A DNA stretch of 32,000 nucleotides from Synechocystis sp. PCC 6803 substr. PCC-P. Lineage in GTDB: Bacteria > Cyanobacteriota > Cyanobacteriia > Cyanobacteriales > Microcystaceae. The first letter of the stretch is position 1, and the number at the start of each line of letters is the position of its first letter. The stretch covers positions 3,538,115-3,570,114 of the forward strand of contig NC_017039.1 in NCBI RefSeq assembly GCF_000284455.1. The letters are read 5' to 3'. This document shows positions 28,954 to 32,000 of this stretch, in pieces. The position numbers and the translations under genes were made by a program. Below the pieces are notes generated by a model. The model was given only the letters and a program-made list of their open reading frames with translations. It had not been told where the DNA came from and made no database searches.

Positions 28954-30105
28954 ATGTCCACCGTTGACCATGCCCCCCAGACTTCAGAAGCGATGGCCAT
29001 TCCCAAACAGGGATTGCCGGTAACCATCATCACTGGCTTTTTGGGCAGTGGTAAAACCACTCTGTTGAACTATATTTTGAGCAATCAACAGGGGCTTAAA
29101 ACCGCCGTTTTGGTGAACGAATTTGGTGAAATTGGCATTGATAATGAATTGGTCATTGCCAGTGACAAAAACATGGTGGAATTGAGCAATGGTTGTGTTT
29201 GTTGCACCATCAATGAAGACTTAGTTGAAGCAGTTTATAAAGTTTTAGAACGGGAACAGAAAATTGATTATTTGGTAGTGGAAACTACAGGTTTAGCTGA
29301 TCCTTTACCTGTGGCCCTGACTTTTTTAGGCACAGAATTGCGGGATATGACCCGACTGGATTCCATCATTACCATGGTGGACTGTGAGAATTTTAGTTTG
29401 GATTTATTTAATAGCCAGGCGGCCCAAAGTCAAATCACCTACGGAGACATCATTGTCCTTAATAAAACTGATTTGGTGGAGGAAGCAGACGTAGATTCTT
29501 TAGAAGTCCGTTTGCGGGATTTAAAAACGGGAGCCAGAATTCTCCGCACCCAAAAAGCGGAAGTTCCTTTACCCCTGATTCTCAGTGTGGGACTGTTTGA
29601 GTCGGACAAATACGCTCCCGAACAACACGAGCACCATCACCATAGCCACGATCACGGCCATGACCATGATTGTGCCCCCGATTGCCAAGATCCAAACCAT
29701 AACCATAGCCACCATGGCCATGATCATCATCATCACGACCATGACCATGATCATGGCAAAAAGTACCACAGTGACCACCTAGAAATGGATGGCTTCACCT
29801 CCCTTTCTTTCCGCAGTGAGCAGCCCTTTTCCATTCGTAAGTTCCAGTATTTTCTCGATAATCAATTAACCCCCAACATTTTCCGAGCTAAGGGTATTCT
29901 TTGGTTCAATGAAAGCCCAAAACGGCATATTTTTCACCTCAGTGGCAAGCGTTTTAGCCTGGAAGATGACCAATGGAAAGGGGAAAAATCGAATCAGTTG
30001 GTGTTAATTGGTCAAGACCTAGACCATGACAAAATCCGTGAACAACTTAACCATTGTTTGAGCTTGCCGACGGAGAGCAAAGGTAAAGGTTTTGGTAGGG
30101 GTTAA
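28954..30105 (+). CDS. COG0523 (CobW/ZigA/YeiR-type) G3E GTPase metallochaperone with a long His-rich insert
   Basis: 383-aa ORF with Walker A GFLGSGKTT, metal motif GCVCCT and ETTGLADP. A His/Asp-rich stretch of ~50 aa (HEHHHHSHDHGHDHDCAPDC...HHHHDHDHDHG) lies at nt ~29625-29790. Confidence 0.9.
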   Translation: MSTVDHAPQTSEAMAIPKQGLPVTIITGFLGSGKTTLLNYILSNQQGLKTAVLVNEFGEIGIDNELVIASDKNMVELSNGCVCCTINEDLVEAVYKVLEREQKIDYLVVETTGLADPLPVALTFLGTELRDMTRLDSIITMVDCENFSLDLFNSQAAQSQITYGDIIVLNKTDLVEEADVDSLEVRLRDLKTGARILRTQKAEVPLPLILSVGLFESDKYAPEQHEHHHHSHDHGHDHDCAPDCQDPNHNHSHHGHDHHHHDHDHDHGKKYHSDHLEMDGFTSLSFRSEQPFSIRKFQYFLDNQLTPNIFRAKGILWFNESPKRHIFHLSGKRFSLEDDQWKGEKSNQLVLIGQDLDHDKIREQLNHCLSLPTESKGKGFGRG

Positions 30106-30141
30106 GCGAACTAACCAGCAAAATTCTTACATTGGTAACCC

Positions 30142-30933
30142 TTGAGCAAATTTTCTACCTACCGCCGGGTTTTAGGGCTATTTTGGCAAACGGCGATCGC
30201 CGCTGAGTTGGAGTATCGCCTCAACTTTGTCATTGCTAGCGTGGGCAGTGTGGTGAATCTAGGGGGCAGTTTATTCAGCCTGTTTTTGTTCTATCGCACT
30301 GGCTATAGCTTTGCAGGTTGGAATTGGCAATCAGCGTTGGTGGTGCTGGGGATGTTCACCATTCTCCAGGGGTTAGCGGCTACCCTATTTATTCCGAACC
30401 TGAATCGCATTGTGCGTTATGTGGAGCAAGGCACTCTGGATTTTGTGCTGTTAAAGCCGATCAGTAGTCAATTTTGGCTTTCCCTCCGGCAACTGTCCCC
30501 CTGGGGGGTACCGGATATTTGCTTTGGGCTGGGGCTGATTGTCTATGCAGGGGTGAGCTTAAACCTAAAAGCCTGGGATTTGGTGTTGGGGACGATACTC
30601 CTTGGATTGGGGTGTATTGTTCTCTATAGCATTTGGTTTATGTTAGGGGCCACTAGCATTTGGTTTGTCAAAATTTATAACGTCACTGAAGTGCTGAAGG
30701 GATTCCTCGAGGCAGGGCGTTACCCCATGGTGGCCTATCCCGCCATTTACCGGATCTTTTTCACTTTTATTATTCCCATTGCCTTTTTGACCACGGTGCC
30801 CGCCGAGGCTATGTTGGGCAGACTTGATCCGATCTGGTTACTGGCAACGGCCGGATTGGCGATCGCCCTGTTGACTCTTTCCCATTATTTTTGGCAATTT
30901 GCCCTGCGATTTTACACTAGTGCTTCTAGTTGA
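30142..30933 (+). CDS. ABC-2 family (DUF990 / COG3694-4587 type) transporter permease
   Basis: 263-aa ORF. TTG is the first possible start after an in-frame stop. There are ~6 hydrophobic segments and an N-terminal AELEYRLNFV segment typical of this family. It lies 36 nt after the COG0523 gene. Confidence 0.7.
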   Translation: MSKFSTYRRVLGLFWQTAIAAELEYRLNFVIASVGSVVNLGGSLFSLFLFYRTGYSFAGWNWQSALVVLGMFTILQGLAATLFIPNLNRIVRYVEQGTLDFVLLKPISSQFWLSLRQLSPWGVPDICFGLGLIVYAGVSLNLKAWDLVLGTILLGLGCIVLYSIWFMLGATSIWFVKIYNVTEVLKGFLEAGRYPMVAYPAIYRIFFTFIIPIAFLTTVPAEAMLGRLDPIWLLATAGLAIALLTLSHYFWQFALRFYTSASS

Positions 30934-31177
30934 GTAGAACAAAAAATAGGTTTGGACAGAGCAAAGTTCACGTCTACGAAAAAGTAGAAATGAAAACCAT
31001 TGCCCCGCCCCTTAACAACTAACTTTTACTCCGTAAATTTTATAGCTATTTGAAATAAAATTAAGACAGTAAGAATTTCTGCAAGGTTTAGATTAAAATT
31101 ACCTTGGTTATTTATATTGCCCTATGCTTAGTTGAATTAGCTATAAACTAAATCAGTCAATTAGTCAGCTAATTTAA

Positions 31178-31288
31178 TTAGGGTTGTAACTTATTTGTTT
31201 GCTGATCAATGACATACTTAAGGAGCAATAAACCTCCGTAAATTGTCAAAATATATACTGATGCCACCAACAATATTTTCAAAACCAT
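31178..31288 (-). CDS. Unlisted 36-aa hydrophobic small ORF (candidate small membrane protein or type-I-toxin-like peptide)
   Basis: Manual translation gives MVLKILLVASVYILTIYGGLLLLKYVIDQQTNKLQP. The ATG is preceded by GAGGGA with a 4-nt spacer. It has one TM-length helix and a polar tail, and lies in an AT-rich spacer. Confidence 0.3.
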   Translation of the reverse strand: MVLKILLVASVYILTIYGGLLLLKYVIDQQTNKLQP

Positions 31289-31619
31289 AATGTCCCTCAA
31301 AAACATTAACTACTGTGATTAATTTGGTTGTAACGATCTGCCATCCCATCCAAGACCAACTCCGAGGGCAGTATATTTCATTATTTCCTGACCCAAGGGC
31401 AATGTTCCGAGGACTTCGTAATCCTTATCCGTTGCTCAACACCCTAGAATCAATGTTATTTTTCCCTAGAATCTCCCACTGCCCCGATCGCCATGGAGAC
31501 AGACATAGTACTAATGAGTACGACTCGACGCCAAAAAACCGGGGATCAGACAAAATCTAGACCCTGGAGAGCTCTCTGTAATTGATTGCAAATCCTTACC
31601 CCTAGCCTAACACAGCCAG

Positions 31620-31642
31620 CCCGAGTCCGGGGATCTTTTTTT
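31620..31642 (+). terminator. Weak candidate intrinsic terminator inside the long spacer
   Basis: CCCG-AGTC-CGGG is followed by GATC and a run of seven T. The stem has only 4 bp. Confidence 0.25.
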
Positions 31643-31800
31643 GCTCCGGCATCAGCGCAAAAGTAGAACAAAGTTCAGTCAAGGGCGGCGATCACCCCAA
31701 AAATCCAGAATCGACATTTTTAGTTCACAAGAGGTTATCTTAAAATAAGCATCAAGATATGTAAACTTTCGTAAACACATCTGCCAAGTTTGGCCAGCCG

Positions 31801-32000
31801 ATGATCTCCACTACCTCCCTGTTTGCCCCCGTTGACCAAGACCTCCGTTTATTAACGGATAATCTCAAGCGGCTTGTCGGTGCTCGGCATCCTATCCTGG
31901 GGGCGGCGGCGGAACATTTATTTGAGGCAGGGGGAAAGCGGGTGCGGCCGGCCATTGTGTTGTTAGTTTCCCGCGCAACCCTATTAGACCAAGAATTAAC
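31801..32000 (+). CDS. sds: All-trans polyprenyl (solanesyl) diphosphate synthase, N-terminal part (runs off the right edge)
   Basis: Manual translation gives MISTTSLFAPVDQDLRLLTDNLKRLVGARHPILGAAAEHLFEAGGKRVRPAIVLLVSRATLLDQEL, the typical N-terminus of long-chain trans-prenyltransferases (GGKRVRP). The solanesyl specificity and the symbol are recalled from the Synechocystis gene order. Confidence 0.8.
   Translation, partial: MISTTSLFAPVDQDLRLLTDNLKRLVGARHPILGAAAEHLFEAGGKRVRPAIVLLVSRATLLDQEL

Noticed and set aside
31315-31560. 81-aa GTG-start ORF in the long spacer before sds
   Set aside because: Its composition and sequence are not protein-like: it has scattered Pro/Arg/His and no hydrophobic periodicity. 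It has no SD. It is kept only as context for the spacer finding.
31752-31955. 67-aa minus-strand ORF
   Set aside because: It is antisense to the clearly recognisable N-terminus of the polyprenyl diphosphate synthase.

Overview
The window looks like chromosomal DNA from a unicellular cyanobacterium. From memory, the gene order and protein sequences match Synechocystis sp. PCC 6803, roughly sll0575 to slr0611; this needs a BLAST check. The HIP1 octamer GCGATCGC occurs about 25-30 times by eye, which fits that assignment. Coding density is high and most genes are housekeeping: nrdB, recA, fur, purH, lepA, hisIE, the N-terminal half of split dnaE, and the start of sds. I found no rRNA, tRNA, CRISPR array, IS element or prophage. 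The clearest special feature is the DnaE N-extein fused to a 123-aa split-intein N-fragment, which is already well described. No classical defence island or clearly novel multi-gene system is visible, and no novelty claim here can be confirmed without database searches. The less-explained loci worth follow-up are: (1) a P-loop, cyclic-2,3-diphosphoglycerate-synthetase-like gene translationally coupled to an orphan carbamate kinase; (2) a ZIP-type transporter homologue with a cNMP-binding domain inserted in its cytoplasmic loop; (3) a gene pair encoding a protein with five tandem Gly/Met decapeptide repeats and a Met/His-rich tail, plus a secreted helical-repeat protein; (4) an orphan nucleotidyltransferase-fold gene divergent from dnaE-N; (5) a hisIE - His-rich COG0523 - orphan ABC-2 permease cluster; (6) an ~870-bp AT-rich spacer holding an unlisted 36-aa hydrophobic ORF.
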